Origin: Octopus sinensis
Lineage: Eukaryota
Reading direction: 5' to 3'
DNA length: 64,000 nt
NCBI RefSeq assembly: GCF_006345805.1
Contig: NC_042998.1
Location: 105,338,001 to 105,402,000, forward strand
Part shown: positions 53,095-64,000 of the stretch, piece by piece
Layout: every line of letters begins with the position of its first letter
Numbering within the stretch: the first letter of the stretch is position 1
The notes under the pieces: model-generated
The model's input: only the letters and a program-made list of their open reading frames with translations
The model's database searches: none
Told to the model about the DNA's origin: nothing
Position numbers and translations under genes: made by a program

Positions 53095-53470
53095 CAGTGG
53101 TACTCTCTCTTTTACTTGTTTCTGTCATTTGACTGTGGCCATGCTGGAGTACCACCTTTAGTTGAGCAAATTGACCCAGGGACTTTGTAAGCCTAGAACT
53201 TATTCTATCAGTCACTTTTGCTGAAATGCTAAGTTACGGGGATGTAAACACACCACCATCGGTTGTCAAGCGATGTTGGGAGGACAAACACAGACACACA
53301 AACATATACACACACATACGTATATATATACATATATATGATGGGCTTCTTTCAGTTTCTGTCTACCAAATCCACTCACAAGCCTATAGTAGAAGACACT
53401 TGCTCAGGGTGCCACGCAGTGGGACTGAACCTGGAACCATGTGGTTGGTAAGCAAGCTACTTACCACACA
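53095..53470 (-). mobile_element. tRNA-headed SINE (family of 6083)
   Basis: Minus strand has the tggctgtgtggt A box, ggttcagtccc B box and the shared tail. Confidence 0.8.
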
Positions 53471-54279
53471 GCCACGGTCATAATTTGAGAAAATAATTTT
53501 ATTCTGTATCTTTGACATAATTTCAAGGATGTTTAAATAATATGAGTGCTAAAGATTAAAATTTAATTATGAAATATAAAACTGCAAAAAAATTACCTTT
53601 TGTTGTAATTAAACAGTGTGCAATATAACTTAACAGTCTAAAAATACTTTACCTTTCCATTTTAAAGGAAGGCTAACTTGAGTGATGTAGTTCTTGATAC
53701 ACTATGTCTGATAAGAAGTGGTATGCTCATAGCTGAAATGCTTTTCATCATAAGTCATCTCAACCAGAGCTGACTTGAAGAGCACAAACTCCTGTTGATA
53801 CCCAATGACTATCTGTAGGTTAGCATAGGGATTGTTGTTGCTGTTGTTTAAACATAAAGTAAGCTCTGATCAAGACATCAAAGACATTCCAGCAATGAAA
53901 TACCATCAAATCTATTTCTTTTTTTATATTCCAAATCAACTTTGTCTTGTTAAGTCCATACATACATAAAAAAAAAGCAAAGATACATACTATTTCTGGC
54001 ATGTAGAGTGCCTATGTACAGGCTTTTCCATGAACTCTGTAGTAGTACTGAGGTCAGGATTAAATATCAGCTAATTGTTTAATGTCTGATTTGCAATTAT
54101 TTGGCCTTGCTTTCTGGAATGAACCCCTTCACAATCCTGTAATGTATTTAGTTTTCTAAGTTTTTAGATGGTTTTAACCATCGTTTCCAAGGCCATCTTC
54201 AATTATTTGATTGAGTTTTAGATATTTCTTATAAACTTGTATATGCACACCAAATAGTTTTGCATATTTATTTTATGAC

Positions 54280-54570
54280 CAAAATCTGTAGAACTGAAAA
54301 TGTGTTCCACAAACGTTGTCTTAGGACCATACTAAGAGTATCTTAGTGCAGCTTCATCACAAATGAAGAAGTCATGGAAAGGCTTGGCACAGAAACCTGC
54401 AGGATATCATTGCCAAGTGTTATGCTTCTCCATAAAAAGTGGAAGCCAGAGTGAGAATAGGTATAGGAAATGAGGTAGACATGTGGAGATCTGATTGAGA
54501 ACTATAGAGAGGGACCTGGCAAACATAGGCCTGGATTTGGGGGATGCTCATGACATGGCTGATGGCCTTT
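54280..54570 (+). pseudogene. Old RTE-type ORF C-terminal remnant (different family)
   Basis: VFHKRCLRTILRVS..ITNEEVMER..RTIERDLANIGL. Confidence 0.55.
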
Positions 54571-54727
54571 CTAAATGAAAATTTCTCATCAACTGATGCT
54601 GAACAGGAAATGAGAGGAACTAAGCAAAGCTAATTCATTTCCAAGAATATCAAAAAGAAGACAGAAACATGTTCAGAGTAGCATCCCATACTTGCTAGAA
54701 AAATCAAAATATTATTTTTATCATTAA

Positions 54728-54948
54728 CCCTTTCATTACCAACCCAGCTGAAACTGGCTCTGGCTCTGAGTAAAAATGTCTTGTTTTCATAAGTTTGGAT
54801 TTAAAATCTTCCACCAAACCTTAGTCACAGTTTATGTTCCTAACACTAGCTGAATGATTAAATAAGTTATTTTACTAAATTATTTGTTATATTTAAAGTA
54901 ATTGAAAGAAACACAGAGCATCTCAAAATAAATACAGTAATGAAAGGG
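54728..54948 (+). mobile_element. piggyBac-type MITE
   Basis: TTAA-CCCTTTCATTAC...GTAATGAAAGGG-TTAA. Confidence 0.85.
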
Positions 54949-57104
54949 TTAATATCTTTTTTAGTTTCTGCTACTTTGAATTTTTAATGCTTCATGTTAT
55001 TAAATATGTAAACACCTACTTAGCTTCCATGATTCATCAACAAGCTGAATGTCAATACTATTCATATTCCCCACCATCAACAAACTCCTAGTTATGCTTA
55101 AATTCAAGACAACACATTAGTTACCTCTGTATACATAAAGTAGACTTGATGATAAAGTGCTATTGAACTACAAAAATAACAACCTAACTAAACATATGAA
55201 GCACCAGTCAGCTAAATAAGCTCTACAACTAACATTTGAGTAGTAGACTTTATCTGATACCTGATTCAGTATCCAAGGCCCTTAGGTACTATTAGCAGAA
55301 TCCATTCTGCTACAAGTATTTAGCCATGTCTCTGAAAAGAGTCTTGGGTGTTGTCTCTCCCCTATAAACCATGAAAAATTCCTTTGTGTCCAATCCAAAT
55401 AATAACTTGTTTGAATCTAGATGAATCTCATTTTCATTATATGAAACCAAATTTTGAGATAACTAACCCCATTAGTTTATGCAGTAGAATCTTTAACTGT
55501 CAAAATAATATCCTTTACTGAATGAAATATTGTGAGATTACAGGCAAACTTCCAGACACTCTGCAGGAAACGTAGACATAATAAATTAACTAACATACTT
55601 CAGTTGACGAAATGGGTCCCTATGTAACTGTCATAAAACCTTCTACTTAATAAGAATCACATTCAAGTGCACCAGACAATGCACTTTGGTTAACTCTAAT
55701 GAAACAGTTATTAATCAATAGAATCTCTGCTCTATTTAAACCCAGACTCCAGCTACCTAGAACAAATCGCTAGCTAATCATAAAATTTTCCCACCTAATT
55801 AAATCAATTCTTCAACTGATCAATGCATTGATCAGTTACTATAACTAACTACAACAACTCCATCTAACTGCACTTAACTGAACACAGTCTCCTATTCATG
55901 AAGTTAATTAAAACAAAATCTTCAGCTAACCACTATAATCCACTTTGGTATCTATGATATAGTAATCATGTGTTCTACCAGATCTCTTCCTTCACTGCCC
56001 TTTCCTCTTCTTTGTAATCATTATAATGAATTTAGAGCCTGGCAGCTGCTGAAGCTACAATATATGATAGCCTTTTAGCAAAATCACTTTAAATCAATTT
56101 AAATGCTAGCAAGTTTGAAATATGGCAGGATTTGTGTTAAGACAATGTCTGACCGAATGCTAAGTAGATACCCACTTTTACCCTTTTAATTTCTTGCTCC
56201 TTTCAGCCATTAGATTGTATCTATGCTGGGGTACCACCTTCAAGCGCTTAATTGATCATGTCAACTCCCAACTATATATTTTAGAAGCTGGTATTTATTT
56301 TATCAATCTTTCTTTGTTGACCTTTAAGTTATGGGAGATAAAAGGACAATAACATAATCTATACAGATGCTTAGATTATAAACAAACATACAAACATGCA
56401 CACACACAAGCATACACACACAAACACACACACATACACACACACACACACATACACATACCTTATATCTTTTATTCATTTCAGTCATTAGACTGTGACC
56501 ATGCTGGGGCACTACCTTGAAGAACTTTTAGTCTAATGAATCAATCCCAGTGCTTTTTTCTTTATTTTCTTCCTTTCTATAAACCTGGTGCTTATACACA
56601 CACACACACATATATATATATATATGTGTATGAATGTATGTATATATGTATATATACATACATACACACACACACACACACATATAATGACATGTTTCTT
56701 ACAGGGCTTTGGTTGGCCCAAAGTTACAGCAGAAGACACTTGCCCAAGGTCCCATGCAGTGAGATTGAACCCAGAACCATGTGGTTGGGAAGCAAATTCC
56801 TTACCTCACAGCTACACCAGCACCTGCTATATATATATATACATATACACACATATACATATATATATAACGTTTTTGGATTTGGCTTGCAAGATTCTTT
56901 ATGTGAGATCATGTGTTGAAGCATATTTTGTTGTGTCTTGCAGCCTTTTCAATAGTCGACTATTGAAAATGTTGCAAGACACAATGAACATTTTTGGAAA
57001 AATAAATAAGTATATAAGTGGAAACTTTTAAAGTGAGTGTGTAAATAATAAGGCACTAAAAGAGAATGACTTTCTCCAGACACAACAATATATATATATA
57101 TATA

Positions 57105-57140
<36 letters not shown>

Positions 57141-57148
<8 letters not shown>

Positions 57149-57355
57149 CGAGACAAAACCACTATTTTAAAACCAAACAAGGAAAGATTTAATCAATACA
57201 TAAAATTTTAATATAAATTAAATAAACCGAAGATTGTCGGTAGCAGACATGAAACAATTGTAGTGGCGGTTTATTTAATTTATATTAAAATTTTATGTAT
57301 TGATTAAATCTTTCCTTGTTTGGTTTTAAAATAGTGGTTTTGTCTCGAATTATAT
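57141..57355. repeat. Perfect 89-bp inverted repeat with most of a hammerhead core in the 37-nt spacer
   Basis: Arms 57141-57229 and 57267-57355 are exact reverse complements. The region around the spacer reads (ccg)AAGA-ttgtc-ggtagca-gacat-GAAAC-aatt-GTA-gtgg. Confidence 0.85.
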
Positions 57356-58230
57356 TATATAATATTTTACTATAAAATTGGATTTAACCCTAAATCTGAT
57401 TTTTCCCTGTAATTTTGGATTCATTCCCTAATATTTATTATATATATATATATAAAACTATATATATATACCAGGAGTTAGCTCTTTATATAGTTACATA
57501 GACTTTTATGTCTTGCATTCATTCATGTCACTTCAGATTTGTCTGATAAAATGCTCATACTGTAAAACTCTGAGTAGCAATGAGGTGAATCCTTATCTAA
57601 CAACAGATAAATATAATCTCTATATTATGTATTGAGTTCTCTTTTGTTTGTACAAAAATACTATTTATTCCTGAGCAAAAAAAAACAAAAAAACTAGGCA
57701 CCCATGTTTTTATAAATTTAGCACAATTAGTAGAGTGTTACCGCCTTTTAAATAGGTTATTTTTTTTTCAAATGTTACAATAATTCCTCCTATAATTCTT
57801 TATAGTATTTTTGGAGAGAAAAATGTATTTTGGCAAAGATAACAAAACTCCAAAAATTTCAGATTTACATCTTTTATCATTCAAAGATTATATCTTAGGT
57901 GAGACAGAAAGGATTAAAATTGTACATATAAACGGTTGATTGTATTGTTTTGAATTGTTCTTTGTTATAAAATGTTTGAAAATGAATTTACAATGTGAAG
58001 ATATGTACTTTTAGATTTCTTTCAAATGTAGGTGTACAAGAAGCTTCTTTTAATTTTCAGTTAAAAGTTGTGTGCAGATAAACCCAATTACAACTTCAAA
58101 GAGCTATTTTGCTCTCTTTTTTTTTCTTTTTTGTGAAAGACATGCATTCAAAATGGAAATTCCATGCTAGTGTGAGTATTAAGATTCATCATCATCATAA
58201 CCATAATTATCACATCATCATCATCATCAT

Positions 58231-58614
58231 GTGGAGGCGCAATGGCCCAGTGGTTAGGGCAGTGGACTCGCGGTCGTAGGATCGCGGTTTCGATTCCCAG
58301 ACCGGGCATTGTGAGTGTTTATTGAGCGAAAACACCTAAAGCTCCACGAGGCTCCGGCAGGAGATGGTGGTGATCCCTGCTGTACTCTTTCACCACAACT
58401 TTCTCTCACTCTTTCTTCCTGTTTCTGTTGTACCTGTATTTCAAAGGGCCGGCCTTGTCACTCTCTGTGTCACGCTGAATATCCCCGAGAACTACGTTGA
58501 GGGTACACGTGTCTGTGGAGTGCTCAGCCACTTACACGTTAATTTCACGAGCAGGCTGTTCCGTTGGTCGGATCAACCGGAACCCTCATCGTCGTAACCG
58601 ACGGAGTGCTTCCA
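58231..58614 (+). mobile_element. Young, intact tRNA-headed SINE flanked by (CAT)n
   Basis: A box TGGCCCAGTGG at 58243, B box GGTTTCGATTCCC at 58286, CpGs retained, and (CAT)n on both sides. Confidence 0.88.
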
Positions 58615-59804
58615 TCCATCATCATCATCATCATCATCCCTATCACTTAAATCCATTTTCCATGTTGGCATTGATGAACAATCTGATGAGCTAGCAATGT
58701 CTGTTTTGGATGCTCTTCCTAATGCTAACTGCTGTTCAGATTGTACTGGGTGCACTTTACATGGCACTGTAACCAGTGAAGTCACCAAAATAGTTTACAA
58801 GACAAGACCCTTCGAGTAAGGGTGTGTAGTATTGAGGGAAGTGACTTCATGCTAGGTGATGAGAGGGTAAATAAAAGTCAGATTGTTATCTTTCATAAAG
58901 CAGACATAATATATTCTAACGCACTTAAGTCAGTGAAAGGGAAAATCTTTATTTCTTCTGCTTTTAGGGGAGGGAATAAATCAACTACATCACCCCCAGT
59001 GCAGAACTGGTATTCGTTTTATTGATCCCATTGTGATGAAAGGTACAATCAGCCATGGCAGAATTTAATCTCAGAACATAAAGATGGATGAAATGCTGTT
59101 AAGCATTTTGACCAACATCCTAATGATTCTACCTGCTCACTGCCTTGATGATGATGATGATTAACATTAACCAGTTGAGCATGTCTCTTAGTGGCTGACA
59201 GACATGTGCATCTCTGACCATGAGCAGAAGTAGTACCAGGCAGTGGCTCTCATGTCTCCTCATCTTAACTGATTGGAAGTGTTATCATGTACATTGTTTT
59301 GCCTTGGTATAAAAGATGGGCTACAGCAAATATTCTGCTCAATACCACAGATTTGCTTTTCAATTGCTTGACTTTAACCAGTTGAACATGTCCCTTGCTG
59401 GCTGACGATATGTGCATCTCTGATCATGAGCAGAAGTAGTGGGGGAGCATCACAGCCATGTGTTGAGAGGGATTCTTTTGAGTTTGAATAATTCATCTCT
59501 GGAAACATGGGTGTTTTGTTCCTCATCCTTAAACAAGCCTTAATCATGGACCATTTGAGTGGGATGGGCTACTCAACCTGGTGAAAATTCTAACAGAGCC
59601 CCACCTGCGAGGTCATGTGCTGTTTATCTTGATATGCAACAACCATGTCGTGCACATATGATTTTGATGCATGTGCTTGGTGTACTCTTATCAGACAGGT
59701 GTCATAATGGTTATATTGGGCTTCATACAATTGTACCCCAGTGTCACTTTGATGGCATGTGCTGCTCTTTCACTCAATAATAATAATAACAACAATAATA
59801 ATAA

Positions 59805-60510
59805 CACTGAAAAATGAGGCTAAGAGTACAATAGTGGCAGCGCAAGACCAATCTTTGATCACAAATTGTAAGGTCAACCTTAAGAATGAGCAAATGTCTC
59901 CACTGTGTCAAATCTGCAATAGAGTTGACAAATCATTGCTCCAAACCAATATAAGTTGTGGTGACACGAGGTAGCAAAAGTGCTACATTGGAAACTTTGT
60001 GAAAAGTGAGGGCTAGAGAGAGGCAAGACATGGTATGAGCACAAACCACAGAGAGTGGTGAAGTCAGAGACCTGCAAAATCCTGTGGTATTTCCCAATTC
60101 AAACAGACCAGGTGCTTGAACACAAGGCAGACCTAGTGATGGTGGATAAGGTGAACTACATGAGCTCTATAATTGATGTTGCATGCCCCTTTGACACATG
60201 AATAGACAAGAAGGAAGGTGAAAAAATAAACATATACAACACTCTTAAATATGAGATAGCTCACCATTATCATCCTTTAATGTCTGTCTTCCATTTTGGC
60301 ATGGGGTGGACGGTTTGACTGAAGACTGGCAAGCCAGAAGGCTGCATCAATTTCAATGAAAAAGTTGAAGATAGTATGAACTATTGTTGGGTCCTTGGGG
60401 ACAGTTTCAGAAGGTATTAAGAGGAATATAAAGGAAATTGGAATAGATTGCCTAGGAGAACTGATACAAAAGGTTTGCCTCCTTGGAACTGTCAGAATAA
60501 TCAGGATAAT
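59805..60510 (+). mobile_element. R4/Dong-like element 3' end (restriction-like endonuclease), preceded by (TAA)n
   Basis: HEVAKVLHWKLCEK..WYEHKP..KILWYFPIQTD..DLVMVDK..IIDVACPFD..LKYEI, then GSLGTVS..LIQKVCLLGTVRII after an RTE tail insertion at 60265-60350. Confidence 0.85.
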
Positions 60511-60588
60511 TGAAAAGAACAGATCGCATGGTACCTTAAGCTGCAGGCAGCACAGAGCTGCACATAAGTGGACTAGTCAGCTATTTCC

Positions 60589-60892
60589 AAGGACCTCACT
60601 AGACTGTTTAATCGGTAGTAGTGATGGGCAGTGTGTACAAAGAGCAGGGATGTGATCAATGCGGGCTGATGACCTGTGCCTACCAGGAATTCCTCATTCA
60701 CAGAGTTGGTTCCAGGCCCTGAGCCCTATCACGGGAGGTGGTTCAGAGGTTTCCCAACCCTCTCAGGCCAGGAAAAACACACCCACTGATACCTCCAGTG
60801 TAGCTCGCATGTGGTCCCAGACATCTAAGGGCATCACAGACCTGTTATTGCTCAGCCTCATGTGGCTTTCTGCAGTCCATCCCTTTAAGAAG
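60589..60892 (-). pseudogene. 18S rRNA: 18S rRNA 3'-region pseudogene fragment
   Basis: Reverse complement of universal 18S blocks: aatcggtagtag(c/t)ga(c/t)gggc.gtgtgtacaaag.gcaggga, ggaattcctc and acatctaagggcatcacagacctgttattgctc. Many CpG-to-TpG/CpA changes. Confidence 0.92.
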
Positions 60893-61054
60893 CGCTGTTT
60901 TCACCAACCGACTGGCCTGGACACAACAGTGTGCTGCTGCCGGACTCACACGAGTTGAGCCAACTGGGTCACTGTTGCCATGATAAAAATAAGACTACTG
61001 CATGATGATGATGATGATGATAATAACAGCAAAAATAATAATAATAATAATAAT

Positions 61055-62335
61055 ATGTCCTTGGAAAATTGTCACAAACAGCACAAAAACTTGTCGAAAA
61101 TCTGGGTTTACTATAAAAAAGCTTTTGATAGTCTACCACGTAGTTGAATTTAGATATGTCTAGAAATGTATTAAATAGCACCTACTCTGCAAAACTTCTT
61201 GTCTGTAAGTATGAGATCATGGAGAATCACACTGACTTTGAGTAGTGACAATGTGTCTCTCAATGCTGGAGATGTAAGAATTTCATGTGGTATTTTCCAG
61301 GGTGACACTCTATCACCGCTCCTCTTTTGTCTAGCCTTAATACCCCTCTTGAAACTGCTTGATGATGTTCAATATGGCTATAAAATGTTTGATAAAAATA
61401 TAAATCATCTCTTTTACATGGATGATTTAAAGCTCTTTGCAAAAAATTACCAACAATTCAAGGGCTTACTAGCAATTGTTAAACAATTCAGTGATGACAT
61501 CAGGATGCAATTTGGCCTTGAAAAATGCAAAAGCTACCTTTATCAAAAGAAAAATGACAGAAACATCCAACATTAATCTTGACCAGCAGAATGTCATAAA
61601 GGATTTAGAACCAGTGGAGAGCAACAAATACCTAGGGGTATTTGAAGGTGATGGAATCAAGCATTCAATGATGAAGGAAAAGATCAGAAGAGAATGTTAC
61701 TGTAGGGTAAGGGCAATACTCAAGACAGCTGAATGCAAGAAACAGGATCGAAGCAATCAATACTTTAGCCATACCAGTCTTGACTTACAGTTTCAATATA
61801 ATTAACTGGTCAATTACTGAAATATGTAATCTTGACAGAAAAATATAAAAATTGTTGACAATACATAGAATGCACTACCCTGAGGCAGATATAGAATTAT
61901 TTTACCTGCCAAGAATAGAGGGTGGCTGTGGACTTTTACAACTGGAACTACAATGAAGATTGCCCCAATTAGCCTCAACACTTACTTGAAAAACTCCAAT
62001 GATTGCATGTTAAAACTTGTTTTAAAGCATGAAAACAAGAAAGCATAATACTCAGTAACAAAACAGGCAAAGAGATATCTAAGTGAATTCCAAATACAGC
62101 AAATCTCAGAATCAGACGTACTAGAAAGAAGCACAGAAAAAGCTAAGCATATGAAAACCCGTGCTAAAACTGCTGCTTTAGATATTCTTACTGATAAATG
62201 GCAAGAAAAACCTCTCAATGGCAAATACCCAAAGAGAGTTAATAATGGCGATGTTGACCAAGCCCTTACCCATCAATGGTTAGTGCCTTCTGGCTTAAAA
62301 TCTGAGACAGAAGGCTTTATCATAACAGCCCAACA
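61055..62335 (+). mobile_element. R4/Dong-like RT fragment, preceded by (TAA)n
   Basis: YKKAFDSLP, GIFQGDTLSPLLFCLALIPL, HLFYMDDLKLFA, KYLGVFEG, GGCGLLQL and LKSETEGFIITAQ. Confidence 0.9.
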
Positions 62336-62729
62336 TATTAAAGAACAGCTGTAGCCCGACTTGTAAACAACAAAATGAAACAAAAGGCAAAGTTGACCTC
62401 ATCGGAATTTAAACTTAGGACAACATAGCAATGGGTGAAATAACACTAGGCATTTCATCCAGCATGCTAACGATTCTGCTAGCTCACCACCTTAATGATG
62501 ATGATGATGATGATGATGATATTGGTATAGAAAACTATCTGATAGTTTGTCCCAAATACTGGGGAACTTAAAGAATAGTAAGGGATGCACATTTCTGTAT
62601 TAATTTGTAAAGGTATTTCTTCTTGTTATTACAAATTAGTTGTTAGGAAAACAGTTCAAAAATTGCAAAGTGTATATATATATATATATATATATACTTT
62701 ATTTTAAGCAGCAGAAAATTCAACAAAAT

Positions 62730-62767
62730 CTGTTACTCTGAGTTTCTCGTTGCCGTTCATCAGACAG
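62730..62767 (-). ncRNA. Minimal type I hammerhead ribozyme (best-preserved copy)
   Basis: ctgt-CTGATGA-a-cg-GCAA-cg-a-GAAAC-tcaga-GTA-acag. All core nucleotides are present, stem I is 4 bp, stem II has a GNRA loop, and stem III is palindromic (actc-a-gagt). Position 10.1 is an A.A mismatch. Confidence 0.75.
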
Positions 62768-63751
62768 TTTTTGCTAGAATGGAACTTATATATTAATTCA
62801 ATCTATACTCTTACAAACGCTACACCTTTAAAAAGAAATGGACTTGTTTGATTGGCCCTTTAGAAAAAACGGTCAATCTTCGAGCGATAAACAAAAAGGT
62901 CAAAAATATATGTATATATATATAAAAAAACTTATAAAAATTATAAAATCCGAGGAAAAAACCGAGGAAAAAAACCTATTGCCGTTAATGAAGACAGTAC
63001 AAATTAATGCATAGAAATTAAACCTGTTATAAATACTGCAATACATATTTATATTAAAATCCATATATATATATCAACATACACAAAAGGATGCGTGTAA
63101 ACGCCATACATACATATACAGACGTATGAATTTGAATCTAAATATACACATAAAAGCATATTCACGCAAACCGTCTCGCACGCAAGCTAAAATTCATCTA
63201 TGTAGCAATTCTCATATACTGAGCAAGGAGGGGGAACGAAAGAAACGGAAAGAGAGAAAAAGGAACGAAGGAGGGGTGGGGAAAAAACTTGTAACGATGT
63301 TATTGGCATCTATAGAGGCCAGTATACATACACAAGTTTGAATTGATACATATACATACCGTCGTGTATATGTGTGCTTAAGCACAAGCATACTTTCACT
63401 TACACATACACAGATACGCATGCTTACAAATACATATGCTTTGCTATACACATACTTATATAAACATTCTAATTTTGACAACATTGCTTTTTTTTTAAAA
63501 AAAAACATTGCTTTTAAAAAATGGGTGCATTAATAAAAATATATACGAAAGACATATAAAATAAAATATAACATCCTATTTTGGGTCATTTATAAATAAT
63601 CAAGGTAATCCTATGCAATACAATAACATGAAAACAAAGTTTGTAGGTTTTTCCTAATATATATGTAGAAACAATAAGACTTTGCTATAGATCCGTCGTA
63701 GCGCTCAAGTGTCAAAATCAAAATCAAAAATCAAAATACAAAATATATACT

Positions 63752-64000
63752 CTATCCATATGGTATATTTATATTCGACGTTTTAAATTTAGCCGCGTGC
63801 CTACATAAGTTCATTAACTCACTTCTTTGATTCAAAGAATTATTGTCTTTGAATAAGATGTGCATTTTCTCTAATAAGCAAAGTCTGCACTTGAAATTAT
63901 ATTTGTAAGCTCCATGCCTGTATGGTGCCGCCCTGTCCAGAATGCTCCATGTCACGTTGAAAGGTGGGGCTTCCTTTTCTTTTAGTTCCCAGACATATTT
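63752..64000 (-). pseudogene. Penelope-like element GIY-YIG endonuclease C-terminus (runs off the window edge)
   Basis: WSILDRAAPY..KCRLCLLEKMHIL..SLNQRSEL..CRH is the characteristic PLE C-terminal motif. Confidence 0.8.

Noticed and set aside
53653-53812. Minus-strand segment with good-looking acceptor and donor sites
   Set aside because: Stop codons in all three frames, and part of it resembles sequence at ~53860-53895, which suggests a repeat.
58231-58305. tRNA gene
   Set aside because: No closing acceptor stem or terminator, and it continues into a SINE body that has a homologue at 19.0 kb.

Overview
AT-rich animal genomic DNA, dense in microsatellites and made almost entirely of transposon-derived sequence. 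The repeat families and the density of (TA)n, (GATA)n and (CAT)n look like an octopus (coleoid cephalopod) genome, but that assignment is inference. I found no host protein-coding exon I can support, and most ORFs in the track are microsatellite translations. The dominant feature is a ~6.1-kb apparently full-length L1/Tx1-clade retrotransposon on the minus strand (20351-26435). It has ORF1 with a CCHC knuckle and ORF2 with APE endonuclease and RT. A 5'-truncated sister copy lies at 9802-11076, and both copies sit inside (TAGA)n arrays on both sides. Also present are many RTE-clade LINE pieces, CR1 and R4/Dong-like fragments, tRNA-headed SINEs, Tc1/mariner, hAT and piggyBac-type DNA elements, Penelope-like remnants and an antisense 18S rRNA pseudogene fragment. 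The least expected signal is about a dozen type I hammerhead-ribozyme-like motifs from several families. Some have very long stem II inserts, and several lie at or next to the apex of inverted-repeat hairpins.
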